A DNA stretch of 64,000 nt, taken from Candidatus Eiseniibacteriota bacterium. GTDB lineage: Bacteria > Eisenbacteria > RBG-16-71-46 > JACRLI01. Positions within the stretch are counted from its first letter, which is position 1; each line of letters opens with the position of its first letter. Where the stretch lies: contig JANXVU010000073.1 in assembly GCA_025351485.1 (NCBI GenBank), positions 9,216-73,215 of the forward strand, written 5' to 3'. A program made the translations under genes and the position numbers. The notes under the pieces were generated by a model. It saw only the letters and a program-made list of their open reading frames with translations, was not told the origin of the DNA and did not search any database. Positions 9,939 to 19,906 of the stretch are shown here, one piece after another.

Positions 9939-10367
9939 ATGAACGCTGAAGAGGAACTCCGGGCCATGGTCGACCGTGAAACAGCCGCTTGGGATCGCCA
10001 AGACGCCGATGCACTTGTCGATCTCTTTCATCCCGACATGGTCTGGCCCTGGCCGCCTGACTCCCAGGCACATGACCCGGTTCTTTGGGTGCTTCCGCAG
10101 GGTCGATTCCATCGGGAGCGGTGGAAGGCGGGGTGGGAAGAGCTCTTCAAGACCCACGGTCTGCTGCACAACCATCGGCAGGCCGTGCGGCCGCAGATCT
10201 CGGCGGAAGGGGACGCTGGGTTCGCGGTTGATGTGGACACTGCATGGCGACGCCACTCCGACGGAGCGGAGGTCCGCTGGAACGGCCGCGCTTGCAAGGG
10301 CTACACGAAGGTCGGTGACCGCTGGTTCTGGATTTTCCACACAGGGCTGCTTGAGTACCCACAGTGA
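9939..10367 (+). CDS. SnoaL-like / NTF2-fold (DUF4440-type) protein
   Basis: 142 aa, ...ETAAWDRQDADALVDLFHPDMVW... Its start follows the TAA of the previous gene directly (TAAATG). Confidence 0.65.
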   Translation: MNAEEELRAMVDRETAAWDRQDADALVDLFHPDMVWPWPPDSQAHDPVLWVLPQGRFHRERWKAGWEELFKTHGLLHNHRQAVRPQISAEGDAGFAVDVDTAWRRHSDGAEVRWNGRACKGYTKVGDRWFWIFHTGLLEYPQ

Positions 10368-10516
10368 GGCCGCCGTAGCGTCAGGCTCCCAGGAGTGGCC
10401 GGCTTATTTATTTGTGAAAATGTTAGTTACGCGCCAGGGAGCCCGTATCGTATTCGATCAGCCGCCTACGAAGCCTGGACGCCGCCTCACCCGCCTCGTC
10501 GACACCCGCTGACTAG

Positions 10517-10533
10517 TTAACACGGCGTTTACA
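10517..10533 (+). promoter_or_regulatory. candidate Pho box (PhoB/PhoP-type 11-bp-periodic direct repeat) upstream of the porin-pstSCAB operon
   Basis: TTAACA cggcg TTTACA: two TT(A/T)ACA hexamers with a 5-nt spacer, about 90 nt upstream of the porin start. Further AT-rich elements lie at 10400-10430. Confidence 0.3.
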
Positions 10534-10621
10534 TTCCTGAAATGTCCGGCCCCCTTCCGGGGTGGGAAGCTTCCAGCGTGCCTGCGGCGCGGTTCCGCTC
10601 GCATGTGGAGGCTCCGACTTC

Positions 10622-11809
10622 ATGGGAGTTTCCACGGATCCGGCCAGGGGTCCGAGAGCCCGCATTTGGAGGTTGGACTTGCTTCGTAGACTCTCCTCGT
10701 TCCTCGCGCTGCCCCTCTTCCTGCTGTTGATGGCCCGCCCGGCATGGTCCCAGGAAGCCGCCGCTGCCGACTCCGACACCACGGTCACCCGGGAAACGGT
10801 GGACGACCTGCGGCAGGAAATGAACGCCGCGCTATCGGAGCTCACCGCACGGCTGAACGAGGCCCGCAACCGGATCGCCCAGGACGGCGTGGACGGCGTG
10901 ATCTACGCCCGCTGGAACGACGACCTGGCCCAGCAGCACGGGAAAAACCAGTTCGACCTGGACCGCGTGTATCTGAACGTGCGCGGCACGCTGAACCGGA
11001 GCGGCGTTTACCGGGTGACCCTGGACGTCTCTCGGACCTCCGGCGACCGCTTCTTCGAGTTCCTCAAATACGCCTACGGCGGGATCGCGTTCAATCCCCA
11101 CGCCACGGTGTTGCTGGGAATGCAACAGACGCCCCTCATCGATTTCCAGGAAGGACTCTGGAAATACCGTTTTTTGCAGAAGGTCATGTCGGACAACGAA
11201 GGCAAGCTGACCAGTTCCGATCTGGGCGTGGGAGCCGAGGGTGTGGTCAACCCCGACCTGAGCTACAAGGTCATGATCTCCAACGGCGAAGGCTCCAACG
11301 CGGCCGAAAAGGGCCGGGACAAAACCTTCGCCGGACGCCTGACCTACATCCTGAAGCCCGGGCTGCGGCTATCGGCCTTCGCCCAGTACGGCCTCACCGA
11401 CACCACGGACCTGGACAGCAAGGGCAAGCCCTTCCGCACCCAGGGGCTGGTGAAGGACCGCTACGACTTCCTGGCCAGCTACGAGCGGCCGGATGCGGTG
11501 GTTTACCTGGAAGCCCTGGGCGCCGAGGACCAGTCCACTCCCGGCGGGCACCGCACCCAGTCGGGGGGCGTGAGCCTTGCCGGATGGTGGGAATTCATCC
11601 AGGACTGGCGCGCGGTGGGCAAGTTCGACAACTTTGACCCGGACCGCCAGAAGCCGGACAACGCCCACCTCGGGGGCATGCTCGGCGTGAGCTACAACTG
11701 GGGCAACAACCTGGTGGTGGCGCTCACCGATCAGTTCGTGAACTACGGCAACCTGGCGAAGAAGACCAACACCAACCAACTCTTTGTCCAGGCGCAGATC
11801 ACCTACTAA
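10622..11809 (+). CDS. outer-membrane porin, likely phosphate-selective (OprO/OprP-like), first gene of the pst locus
   Basis: Signal peptide MGVSTDPARGPRARIWRLDLLRRLSSFLALPLFLLLMARPAWS. Beta-barrel periodicity with a C-terminal ...AQITY. Lies immediately upstream of pstS in the same orientation. Confidence 0.55.
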   Translation: MGVSTDPARGPRARIWRLDLLRRLSSFLALPLFLLLMARPAWSQEAAAADSDTTVTRETVDDLRQEMNAALSELTARLNEARNRIAQDGVDGVIYARWNDDLAQQHGKNQFDLDRVYLNVRGTLNRSGVYRVTLDVSRTSGDRFFEFLKYAYGGIAFNPHATVLLGMQQTPLIDFQEGLWKYRFLQKVMSDNEGKLTSSDLGVGAEGVVNPDLSYKVMISNGEGSNAAEKGRDKTFAGRLTYILKPGLRLSAFAQYGLTDTTDLDSKGKPFRTQGLVKDRYDFLASYERPDAVVYLEALGAEDQSTPGGHRTQSGGVSLAGWWEFIQDWRAVGKFDNFDPDRQKPDNAHLGGMLGVSYNWGNNLVVALTDQFVNYGNLAKKTNTNQLFVQAQITY

Positions 11810-11849
11810 CTTCACCGGCCCGCACGGCGGAAGAGAGGATTTCTCCCAT

Positions 11850-12893
11850 ATGACGTGGAACCGAGTTCGCACTTCGCTGGCGGCCTTCGTGCTGCTGGCC
11901 ACGACTTCCACCTGCGGCACGGCGGGCGGGCTGACCGGCGCCGGCGCCACCTTTCCCTACCCGATCTATTCCAAGTGGTTCGACGAGTACGGCAAGATCA
12001 ACAAGGGCGTGAACATCAACTATCAATCCATCGGCAGCGGCGGCGGTATCCGCCAGATCACCGACCGCACCGTGGACTTTGGCGCCAGCGACGCCTTCAT
12101 GTCGGAAGAGCAGTTGTCCAAGGCGCCGGGCATCCAACACATTCCCACCGTGATCGGCGCCGTGGTGGTGGTGTACAACCTGCCGGGCGTGGGCGCTCGG
12201 CTCACACTGGACGGGGAAGCCATCACCTCGATCTTCCTGGGCCAGATCACGAATTGGAGCGATGCCAAGATCGCCTCGCTCAACCCGGGTGTGAAGCTGC
12301 CGTCCAAACAGATCACCGTGGTGCACCGCAGCGACGGTTCCGGGACAACCAACATCTTCACCGACTACCTGAGCCACGTCAGCACCCAGTGGGCCAAGTC
12401 GGTGGGCAAGAACACTTCCGTGAACTGGCCGGCGGGACTCGGGGCCAAGGGCAACGAGGGCGTGGCCGGGCAGGTGAAGGGCCTTGAAGGCGCGATCGGC
12501 TACACCGAGCTCGCCTACGCGGTGACCAACAACCTCAGCTACGCCGCGGTGAAGAACCGGGCGGGCGAGGCGGTGGTGCCTACCGTGGAGTCCACCACCA
12601 GGGCAGCGGCGGCCGCGGCCAAACAGATGCCCGCCGACCTGCGCGTGAGCATCGTGAACCCGTCCGCCAAGGGCGCCTATCCCATCGCCGGGTTCACCTA
12701 CCTGCTGGTCTACCAGGAACAGAAGAACGCCGCCAAGGGCAAGATCCTGGCCGACTTCCTGTGGTGGGCCATCCACGATGGCCAGAAGTTCGCCCCGGCC
12801 CTGCTGTATGCCCCGCTGCCGCCGCAGGTGGTGGCCAAGGACGAGGCCAAGATCAAGGCGCTGACCGCCGGCGGGAAGCCGCTGATCCCGTGA
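11850..12893 (+). CDS. pstS: phosphate ABC transporter substrate-binding protein PstS
   Basis: MTWNRVRTSLAAFVLLATTSTCG lipoprotein-like signal, then GAGATFPYPIYSKWFDEY...SIGSGGGI, the canonical PstS motifs. Confidence 0.9.
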   Translation: MTWNRVRTSLAAFVLLATTSTCGTAGGLTGAGATFPYPIYSKWFDEYGKINKGVNINYQSIGSGGGIRQITDRTVDFGASDAFMSEEQLSKAPGIQHIPTVIGAVVVVYNLPGVGARLTLDGEAITSIFLGQITNWSDAKIASLNPGVKLPSKQITVVHRSDGSGTTNIFTDYLSHVSTQWAKSVGKNTSVNWPAGLGAKGNEGVAGQVKGLEGAIGYTELAYAVTNNLSYAAVKNRAGEAVVPTVESTTRAAAAAAKQMPADLRVSIVNPSAKGAYPIAGFTYLLVYQEQKNAAKGKILADFLWWAIHDGQKFAPALLYAPLPPQVVAKDEAKIKALTAGGKPLIP

Positions 12894-13933
12894 TCGCGGT
12901 ATCGGACAAGCCCATCCGGGCGGGGGGACGCCGTTCGCGCATCCCGCCCGGCGCGTTCTCGGGCCCGCCGCCGCCGGGGCCCTCCCAGGGGAAGGAGCCG
13001 GCGGCCGGCGGCCGTTCGCGTTTCAACGCGGACGCGATCTTCCGCGGCATCACGGGCTCGTTCGCCGGTTTCGTGCTGCTGCTGGTAGCCGGCATGGCGA
13101 CGGTGATGACCATCGCCTCCATGCCGGCCATTCGCAAGTTCGGGTGGCACTTTCTGGTGTCCTCCACATGGGACCCGGTCCAGGACCAGTACGGTGCGCT
13201 ACCGTTCCTGTTCGGCACGCTGCTATCCTCTTTCCTGGCGCTCCTGATCGCGGTCCCGCTGTCGCTGGGGATCGCGACCTTCCTTTCCGAGCTGGCCCCG
13301 GAGCGTCCCGCGCGCATCCTGGGATTCCTGGTCGAGCTGCTGGCGGCGATCCCCAGCGTGATCTACGGGCTGTGGGGCATCTTCGTGATGGTGCCGATGC
13401 TGCGAAACGGGCCGCAGGCATGGCTTTCCGCGCACCTCGGCTTCCTGCCCATCTTCGCCGGCCCGGCCTACGGCGTAGGGATGATGGCCGCCGGGCTCAT
13501 CCTGGCCATCATGATCCTGCCGACGATTTCCGCGATCAGCCTGGAAGTGTTCCGCGCGGTCCCGCGCGCGCAGCGCGAGGCCGCGCTGGCGCTGGGCGCC
13601 ACGCGCTGGGAGACCACCCGCATGGCGGTGCTGTCTTACGCCCGCCCGGGAATCCTGGGCGCGGTGATCCTGGGGCTGGGACGCGCCCTCGGGGAAACCA
13701 TGGCCGTCACCATGCTGATCGGGAACCGCCCGGCCATATCGGCGTCGCTGCTCGCGCCTGGATACACCATGGCCAGCGTGATCGCCAACGAATTTTCCGA
13801 GGCCACCGGCGACCTGTACCTGTCGGCATTGATCGAAGTGGCGCTGGTGCTGTTCGGCCTCACCGTCCTGCTCAACGTGGGCGCGCGCTACCTGGTGTGG
13901 AGCACCGTCAAGCGCGGGGAGAACCGGGCATGA
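12890..13933 (+). CDS. pstC: phosphate ABC transporter permease PstC
   Basis: GTG at 12890 overlaps the pstS TGA as GTGA. Multi-TM protein with the EAA-loop region ([13 protein letters not shown]). The part of the 12761 ORF upstream of 12890 is a frame extension. Confidence 0.85.
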   Translation: MIAVSDKPIRAGGRRSRIPPGAFSGPPPPGPSQGKEPAAGGRSRFNADAIFRGITGSFAGFVLLLVAGMATVMTIASMPAIRKFGWHFLVSSTWDPVQDQYGALPFLFGTLLSSFLALLIAVPLSLGIATFLSELAPERPARILGFLVELLAAIPSVIYGLWGIFVMVPMLRNGPQAWLSAHLGFLPIFAGPAYGVGMMAAGLILAIMILPTISAISLEVFRAVPRAQREAALALGATRWETTRMAVLSYARPGILGAVILGLGRALGETMAVTMLIGNRPAISASLLAPGYTMASVIANEFSEATGDLYLSALIEVALVLFGLTVLLNVGARYLVWSTVKRGENRA

Positions 13934-14787
13934 TCGCCTCCGAATCCCAGCTGCAGCGCCGCCAGTGGCTGAGCCACGCGATGACCGCGGGCGCGTTCCT
14001 GTGCGTGCTGCTGGCGCTGGTCCCGCTGGTCAGTGTGCTGGTCTACATCGGTGGGGAGGGGCTGCGCGCCATCAACCTGGACTTCTTTCTGCACCTGCCC
14101 AAGCCGGTGGGGGAAGTGGGCGGCGGGATGGCCAACGCCATCGTGGGCTCCCTGGAACTGCTGGCGCTGGCCTGCCTGTTCGGGCTGCCGGTGGGGATCC
14201 TGGGCGGCGTTTACCTTTCCGAGTTCGGCTCCTCCAAGTTCGCCACGGCGGTGCGCTTCACCGCCGACGTGCTGAGCGGCGTGCCGTCCATCGTGGTGGG
14301 CGTATTCGTGTTCACCCTGATGGTGCGGCCGATGCACAGTTTTTCGGCGCTGGCGGGTGGCGTGGCCCTGGGGATTCTCATGATTCCGGTGGTGATGCGA
14401 ACCACCGAGGAACTGATGCGCCTGGTGCCGGGGTCGCTGCGCGAGGCCGCGCTGGCGCTGGGCGTGCCGCGCTGGCGGACCATCCTGCTGGTGGTGCTAG
14501 CCAACGCCCGAGGTGGTATCCTGACCGGCGTGATGCTGGCGATCGCCCGCGTGGCGGGGGAGACCGCGCCGCTGCTGTTCACGGCGCTCGGCAACCGGTT
14601 CTGGTCCTTCAGTCTGAAGGAGCCGATCTCCTCCCTGCCGGTCCAGATCTTCACCTACTCGATCGCGCCCTACGACGACTGGCATCGCCAGGCGTGGGCA
14701 GGGGCGCTGGTGCTGATCCTGATGGTGTTGAGTCTCAACATCGCGGGGCGCCTGGCGCTCCGGCGAAGGATGGAAAAGGCCCGATGA
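13930..14787 (+). CDS. pstA: phosphate ABC transporter permease PstA
   Basis: ATG at 13930 overlaps the pstC stop as [17 protein letters not shown] motif. The 5' 260 codons of the 13144 ORF are an out-of-frame shadow of pstC. Confidence 0.9.
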   Translation: MIASESQLQRRQWLSHAMTAGAFLCVLLALVPLVSVLVYIGGEGLRAINLDFFLHLPKPVGEVGGGMANAIVGSLELLALACLFGLPVGILGGVYLSEFGSSKFATAVRFTADVLSGVPSIVVGVFVFTLMVRPMHSFSALAGGVALGILMIPVVMRTTEELMRLVPGSLREAALALGVPRWRTILLVVLANARGGILTGVMLAIARVAGETAPLLFTALGNRFWSFSLKEPISSLPVQIFTYSIAPYDDWHRQAWAGALVLILMVLSLNIAGRLALRRRMEKAR

Positions 14788-15587
14788 ACCGCCCCGAGAC
14801 TCTTCCAGGTCGCGAAACGGCCGCGCCCGCAGGGGGCGGCCGCATCGAGGTGCGAGGGCTGCACGCCTGGTTCGGCACCCACCAGGTGCTGCACGGCATC
14901 GACCTGGATTTTTCGCCGCGCCAGGTGACGGCCATCATCGGCCCGTCGGGCTGCGGCAAGTCCACGCTGCTGCGCACCATGAACCGCCTGCACGAGGAAA
15001 CGCCCGGGACCCGGCTCACCGGCTCGATCACCCTGGACGGCGAGGACATCCACGCTCCCGGGACCGACGCGGTGCGCCTGCGCCGGGATGTGGGCATGGT
15101 GTTCCAGCGGCCCAACCCGTTCCCGAACATGTCGGTGCGCGACAACGTGCTGGCCGGCTTCAAGCTGAACCACGAAAAGCGCAAGGACGAGCGGGAGATC
15201 CTGGAGCGCACCCTGCGCTCGGCCGCCCTGTGGGACGAGCTCAAGGACATGCTCCACAAGCCCGGCAGCAGCCTTTCCGGGGGGCAGCAGCAGCGCCTGT
15301 GCATCGCGCGCGCCCTGGCCGTGGAGCCCAAGGTGCTGCTGATGGACGAGCCGTGCTCGGCGCTTGATCCCGTCTCCACCAACAAGATCGAGGAGCTCAT
15401 CTTCGAGCTGAAGAAGAGCCTCACGATCGTGATCGTGACCCACAACATGCAGCAGGCCGCGCGGGTATCGGACTTCACCGCGTTCCTGATGGTGGGCAAG
15501 CTGGTGGAGGTTGGGGCCACGCGCAAGATATTCACTTCCCCGGAGCAGCGGCTCACCGAGGATTACGTCACGGGGCGGTTCGGGTAA
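14784..15587 (+). CDS. pstB: phosphate ABC transporter ATP-binding protein PstB
   Basis: ATG at 14784 in ATGA overlap with pstA. Walker [25 protein letters not shown] signature, Walker B LLMDEP. Confidence 0.95.
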   Translation: MNRPETLPGRETAAPAGGGRIEVRGLHAWFGTHQVLHGIDLDFSPRQVTAIIGPSGCGKSTLLRTMNRLHEETPGTRLTGSITLDGEDIHAPGTDAVRLRRDVGMVFQRPNPFPNMSVRDNVLAGFKLNHEKRKDEREILERTLRSAALWDELKDMLHKPGSSLSGGQQQRLCIARALAVEPKVLLMDEPCSALDPVSTNKIEELIFELKKSLTIVIVTHNMQQAARVSDFTAFLMVGKLVEVGATRKIFTSPEQRLTEDYVTGRFG

Positions 15588-15593
15588 GCGTGA

Positions 15594-16187
15594 ATGGGGG
15601 GGAAAAGTGTGATCTCCAAGTGGTTGTCTTCGGGATTGTTTCTTGTGCTCTCCTTTTCGTCACTCCCGGCCCTGGCCATCGTGGTCCAGGGCCCCCCGCT
15701 CGGCCTTGATCGCCTGTCCCACAAAGCCTCTCGAATTGTCGTGGCGACTGCAAAGTATGACCCGCTTGTCGTCCGCGCCGTTCGCTGGGCGGGGCCATTC
15801 GGAACCCGTCCCTGGCGCCTGAGATTTAATCGGATTGACGTGTTTGTCGAAAGGGTTATCGAGAGCGACTCCGCCTGCTTCCCAGGAGACACTCTCCGGG
15901 GCGCTCGCCAATTCTAAAGCGAAGATGCCGACAGGTTCGAGGCGGTCGAGGGGAACGGGCAAAGGTACTTGCTCTTCCTCGGGTCCGATAAGCCTCCACC
16001 GGAATTCACGAACTACCACGAATTCGTATATCCCCTTGATCCCCACGACGCCGTCTTCCCAATTCCACCTGACTCGATTCTCCACAAGGTGCGATTGGCG
16101 GACGGGGATTCGAGCCGCGTGATGGACATGCCACTCGCGGAGTGCATCCGGCGAATCCACGAAGTCCGGTCCAGGCGCCGGCGCTAG
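15594..16187 (+). pseudogene. secreted hypothetical protein gene interrupted by a single in-frame TAA (15915-15917); low-GC
   Basis: ORFs 15594..15917 and 15969..16187 are in the same frame, and the 17 codons between them are open, so one TAA separates the signal-peptide-bearing N-part from the C-part. Confidence 0.4.
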
Positions 16188-16215
16188 CGTCGACTGAGAG
16201 TTGAGAGGGGAAAAG

Positions 16216-16704
16216 ATGGCCGCATCCAAGACTTCCGCCAAGAAGGCCGCCGCGAAGAAGCCGTCCAGGAAGAAGGCTGTGGCGAAGCGCCCCGCGGCCC
16301 GGAAGCCCGCTCCAAAGTCTGCGGGCGCTCCCGTGAACGGCACCGCCGAAGTCGACGCCTACATGCAGAAACTCAAGCACCCCAGGAAGGCCGAGATGGA
16401 GGCCGTGCGGGCCATCATCCTGAACGCCGACAGGAAGATATCCGAGCGCGTGAAATGGAACGCTCCGAGTTTCTTCTACATCCAGGACCTGGCGGCTTTC
16501 AACTGGCGTTCCACGAAATTCGCGCACTTGATCCTGCTGTTCCCCGACGGCAAGGGCATGAGCGACAGTCCCGGCCTGCTGGAAGGCACCCACGCGAACC
16601 GTCGCGAGGCCAAGTTCCACGACATGGCCGACGTCCAAGCCAAAAAGCCCGCGTTGGAAAAGCTCGTGAAGGCCTGGGTCAAGCGCATGGGTGCCGCCAT
16701 GTGA
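16216..16704 (+). CDS. DUF1801 domain protein with Lys/Ala-rich histone-H1-like N-terminal tail
   Basis: ATG at 16216 after GAGAGGGG. N-terminus SKTSAKKAAAKKPSRKKAVAKRPAARKPAPK, then a DUF1801-like core (..ERVKWNAPSFFY..). Paralogous to the 8293 gene. Confidence 0.55.
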   Translation: MAASKTSAKKAAAKKPSRKKAVAKRPAARKPAPKSAGAPVNGTAEVDAYMQKLKHPRKAEMEAVRAIILNADRKISERVKWNAPSFFYIQDLAAFNWRSTKFAHLILLFPDGKGMSDSPGLLEGTHANRREAKFHDMADVQAKKPALEKLVKAWVKRMGAAM

Positions 16705-16765
16705 GCAGCACGGGGGGCCGCGGTGCGCACTCCCCCGGCGCGCATGGACGCCGCCTCGTTGTCCG

Positions 16766-19700
16766 CTAGGCCTCTTCCCTCAAGCTCCGCCCCTTCCACC
16801 ACGCAAACACCGCCGGGTACACCGCCAGCTCCAGCAGGAACGACGTGATCACGCCGCCCACCATCGGTGCGGCGATGCGCTTCATCACGTCGGCGCCGGT
16901 GCCGTGGCTCCACAGGATCGGGAGCAGGCCCAGCAGGATCGCCATCACCGTCATGAGCTTGGGGCGGATGCGGTGCGCCGCGCCCTCCACGATCGCTTCC
17001 GTCAGGTCGGCGCGGGTCTTGAGCCGGCCGGAGGCCAGGTGCTCCTTCACCGCCAGGTTCAGGTAGAGCAGCATCACCGTGCCGGTTTCGGCATCAAGCC
17101 CCGCCAGCGCGATCAGCCCCACCCACACCGCCACGCTCAGGTTGTAGTGCAAGAGCCACAGGATCCAAATGGCCCCGACCAGCGAAAATGGCACCGCCAG
17201 CATCACCATCAGCGACTCCGGCACCGACTTCAGGTTCATGTAGAGCAGGGCGAACACGATCAAGAGCGTGACCGGCACCACCCACAGCAGCCGCGCGCGG
17301 GCCCGCTCGTAGTACTCGAACTGCCCGGTCCAATCCACCCGGTAGCCCGGCGGCAGGGTCACCTTGCCCTCCACGGCCTTCTTGGCGTCGGCCACGTAGG
17401 AAGCCAGCGGCCTGCCGGCCACGTCCACGCTCACCAGTCCCACCAGCTGCCCGTCCTCTTCCTGGATCATGGGAGGCCCGCCACGGAACACCACGTGGGC
17501 CAACTGGCTCAGCGGCACCTGGCCGCCGCCGGGAGTGGGGACCAGCACCCGCTGCAGCGCGTCGGGGTCCTCCCGAAAGTCGCGGCTGTAGCGGACCCGG
17601 ATGTTGTAGCGCTCGCGGCCTTCCACGGTTTGTGAAACCGGAACGCCCCCGATGGCCGTCTCGATCACGTCCTGCACGTCGCCCACCGTGAGCCCGTAGC
17701 GCGCCACCGCGGCACGATCCACTTCGAAGTCCAGGTACTGCCCCCCGGTGAGCCGTTCGGCGAACGCGCTGCGTGTGCCGGGCACGTCGCGTAGCGCCTT
17801 CTCGATGGCGATGGAGGTCCGCTCCAGCACCTTCAGGTCCGGTCCGAAGACCTTGACCCCCACGGCGCTTCGCACCCCCGTGGCCAGCATCTCGTTGCGG
17901 GTCTGGATGGGCATCCACCAGATGTTGGGCATGCCGGGATAGTTCAGGGTCGAGTCCATCTTCCCGACCAGTTTTTCCCAGGTCATTCCGGCCGGCCAAC
18001 TGGACTCGGGTTTCAGGGTGATCACCGTCTCCACCATGTTCAGCGGGGCGGGATCGGTGGCGGTGCGCGCCCGCCCGATCTTGCCGAACACCCGCTCCAC
18101 TTCCGGCATGGCCTTGAGCTTCCGGTCCATGTCCTGCAGGACCGCCCCGGCGCGGGTGGAGGACATGCCCGGGGGAGAGGTGGGCATGTAGAGCAGCGTG
18201 CCCTCGTTCAAGGCCGGCATGAACTCGCTGCCGAGCTGGAGAAATGCAGGAATTGTGAGCAGCAGCAGCGCCGAGGCGAGCGCCACCACGAGTCTCCGCC
18301 GCCGCACCACCCAGCGCACCACGTGGGCATACAGGCGCATGATCGGCCGGGTGACCGGATGCTCGTTTTCCGGGCGGATGCGGCCCCGGATGAACCACAG
18401 CGCCAGCGCCGGAGTGAGCGTCACCGCGAGCAGCGCGGCCGCCGCCATGGCGTAGGTCTTGGTCAAGGCCAGCGGCCGGAACAGCCGCCCTTCCGTTCCC
18501 TGCAGCGTGAAGATGGGCAGGAAGGAGATCGTGATCACCAGCAGCGCGAAAAAGATGGGATGTCCGACTTCTTGCAGGCCCTCGATCACCACATCGGACC
18601 GATTACCCGGTCGCCCGGCCCGCTCCCATACCTCCAGCTTCCGGTGCACGTTCTCCACCATGATGATGGAGGCGTCCACCATGGCTCCCACGGCCACTGC
18701 AATCCCGCCCAGGGACATGATGTTGGCCGACACGCCCTGGAACAGCAGCGGAATAAAGGCCAGCAGCACCGCGACCGGCAGCGACAGGATCGGGATCAGC
18801 GCGCTCCGGAAGTGAAACAGGAACAGCACGATCACCGCGCTCACGATGATCATCTCTTCCAGAAGGCTGCGGTTCAGCGTGTGGATCGCGCGCTCGATCA
18901 GCTGCGACCGGTCGTAGGTCACCACGATCTCCACGCCGGGAGGGAGCGACTTCTTCGCCTCGGCCATGCGGAGCTTGACCCCTTGGATCACTTTCAGGGC
19001 GTTCTCGCGCTGGCGCATGATGACGATCCCGCCCACCACCTCGCCCCGTCCGTCCAGTTCGGCGATTCCGCGGCGGGGCTCCGGGCCCAGGTGCACCGAG
19101 CCCAGGTCGCGCAGGAAGACGGGCGCGCCGGAGGAGTCGCTCGAAACGGCCACCTGTTCCAGATCGCCGGTGGAGCGGATGTAGCCGCGGCCGCGGATCA
19201 CGTGCTCGTGCTCGGCGATCTCGACCGAGCCTCCGCCCACGTCCTGGTTGGAGCGCCGGATGGCCTCTCCCACCCGGGAAAGCGGGATCCCGTAGGCCAG
19301 CAGCCGGTTCGGGTCCAGGTCCACTTGGTACTCGCGCACGAACCCGCCGATGGAGGCCACTTCGGCCACGCCGTCCACCTGCTGCAGCCAGTAGCGGAGC
19401 GTCCAGTCCTGGATGGAACGCAGCTCGGACAGGTCATGCCGCCCGGTGGTGTCCACCAGGGCGTATTCGTACACCCATCCGACGCTGGTCGCGTCGGGGC
19501 CCAGCGAGGGCGTGACGCCCTCGGGCAGGCGGCCGCGGATCGAGGCCAGGTATTCGTTCACCCGGCTCCGGGCCCAGTACATGTCCACGCCGTCCTTGAA
19601 GATCACGTACACGAAGGAATCGCCCAGCATGCTCTGCCCGCGCACGTAGCGCACCCGCGGCACCGAGCGCAGCGCCGAGACGATGGGGTAGGTGATCTGG

Positions 19701-19906
19701 TCTTCCACCAGGTCGGGGCTGCGGCCCATCCACTCGGTGCTGACGATGACCTGCGTGTCGGAAAGATCAGGTACCGCATCGAGCGGCGTGCGGGAAAGGC
19801 ACCAGGCCCCGGCGGCGGCGCCCGCGAGCACCATCAGCACCGTGAGTCCGGCGTGACGGGCGCACCATGCGATGAGCCGCTCGATCACGGCCGGCCTCCT
19901 TCCCAC
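16766..19906 (-). CDS. heavy-metal efflux RND transporter, CusA/CzcA family
   Basis: 1046 aa with 12-TM RND architecture, colinear with CusA/CzcA along its whole length. Confidence 0.95.
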   Translation of the reverse strand: MGRRPAVIERLIAWCARHAGLTVLMVLAGAAAGAWCLSRTPLDAVPDLSDTQVIVSTEWMGRSPDLVEDQITYPIVSALRSVPRVRYVRGQSMLGDSFVYVIFKDGVDMYWARSRVNEYLASIRGRLPEGVTPSLGPDATSVGWVYEYALVDTTGRHDLSELRSIQDWTLRYWLQQVDGVAEVASIGGFVREYQVDLDPNRLLAYGIPLSRVGEAIRRSNQDVGGGSVEIAEHEHVIRGRGYIRSTGDLEQVAVSSDSSGAPVFLRDLGSVHLGPEPRRGIAELDGRGEVVGGIVIMRQRENALKVIQGVKLRMAEAKKSLPPGVEIVVTYDRSQLIERAIHTLNRSLLEEMIIVSAVIVLFLFHFRSALIPILSLPVAVLLAFIPLLFQGVSANIMSLGGIAVAVGAMVDASIIMVENVHRKLEVWERAGRPGNRSDVVIEGLQEVGHPIFFALLVITISFLPIFTLQGTEGRLFRPLALTKTYAMAAAALLAVTLTPALALWFIRGRIRPENEHPVTRPIMRLYAHVVRWVVRRRRLVVALASALLLLTIPAFLQLGSEFMPALNEGTLLYMPTSPPGMSSTRAGAVLQDMDRKLKAMPEVERVFGKIGRARTATDPAPLNMVETVITLKPESSWPAGMTWEKLVGKMDSTLNYPGMPNIWWMPIQTRNEMLATGVRSAVGVKVFGPDLKVLERTSIAIEKALRDVPGTRSAFAERLTGGQYLDFEVDRAAVARYGLTVGDVQDVIETAIGGVPVSQTVEGRERYNIRVRYSRDFREDPDALQRVLVPTPGGGQVPLSQLAHVVFRGGPPMIQEEDGQLVGLVSVDVAGRPLASYVADAKKAVEGKVTLPPGYRVDWTGQFEYYERARARLLWVVPVTLLIVFALLYMNLKSVPESLMVMLAVPFSLVGAIWILWLLHYNLSVAVWVGLIALAGLDAETGTVMLLYLNLAVKEHLASGRLKTRADLTEAIVEGAAHRIRPKLMTVMAILLGLLPILWSHGTGADVMKRIAAPMVGGVITSFLLELAVYPAVFAWWKGRSLREEA

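Noticed and set aside
13144-15587. Very long ORFs 13144..14787 and 13965..15587
   Set aside because: Only the 3' parts (from 13930 and 14784) are pstA and pstB. The 5' parts are out-of-frame read-throughs of pstC and pstA with non-protein-like composition.
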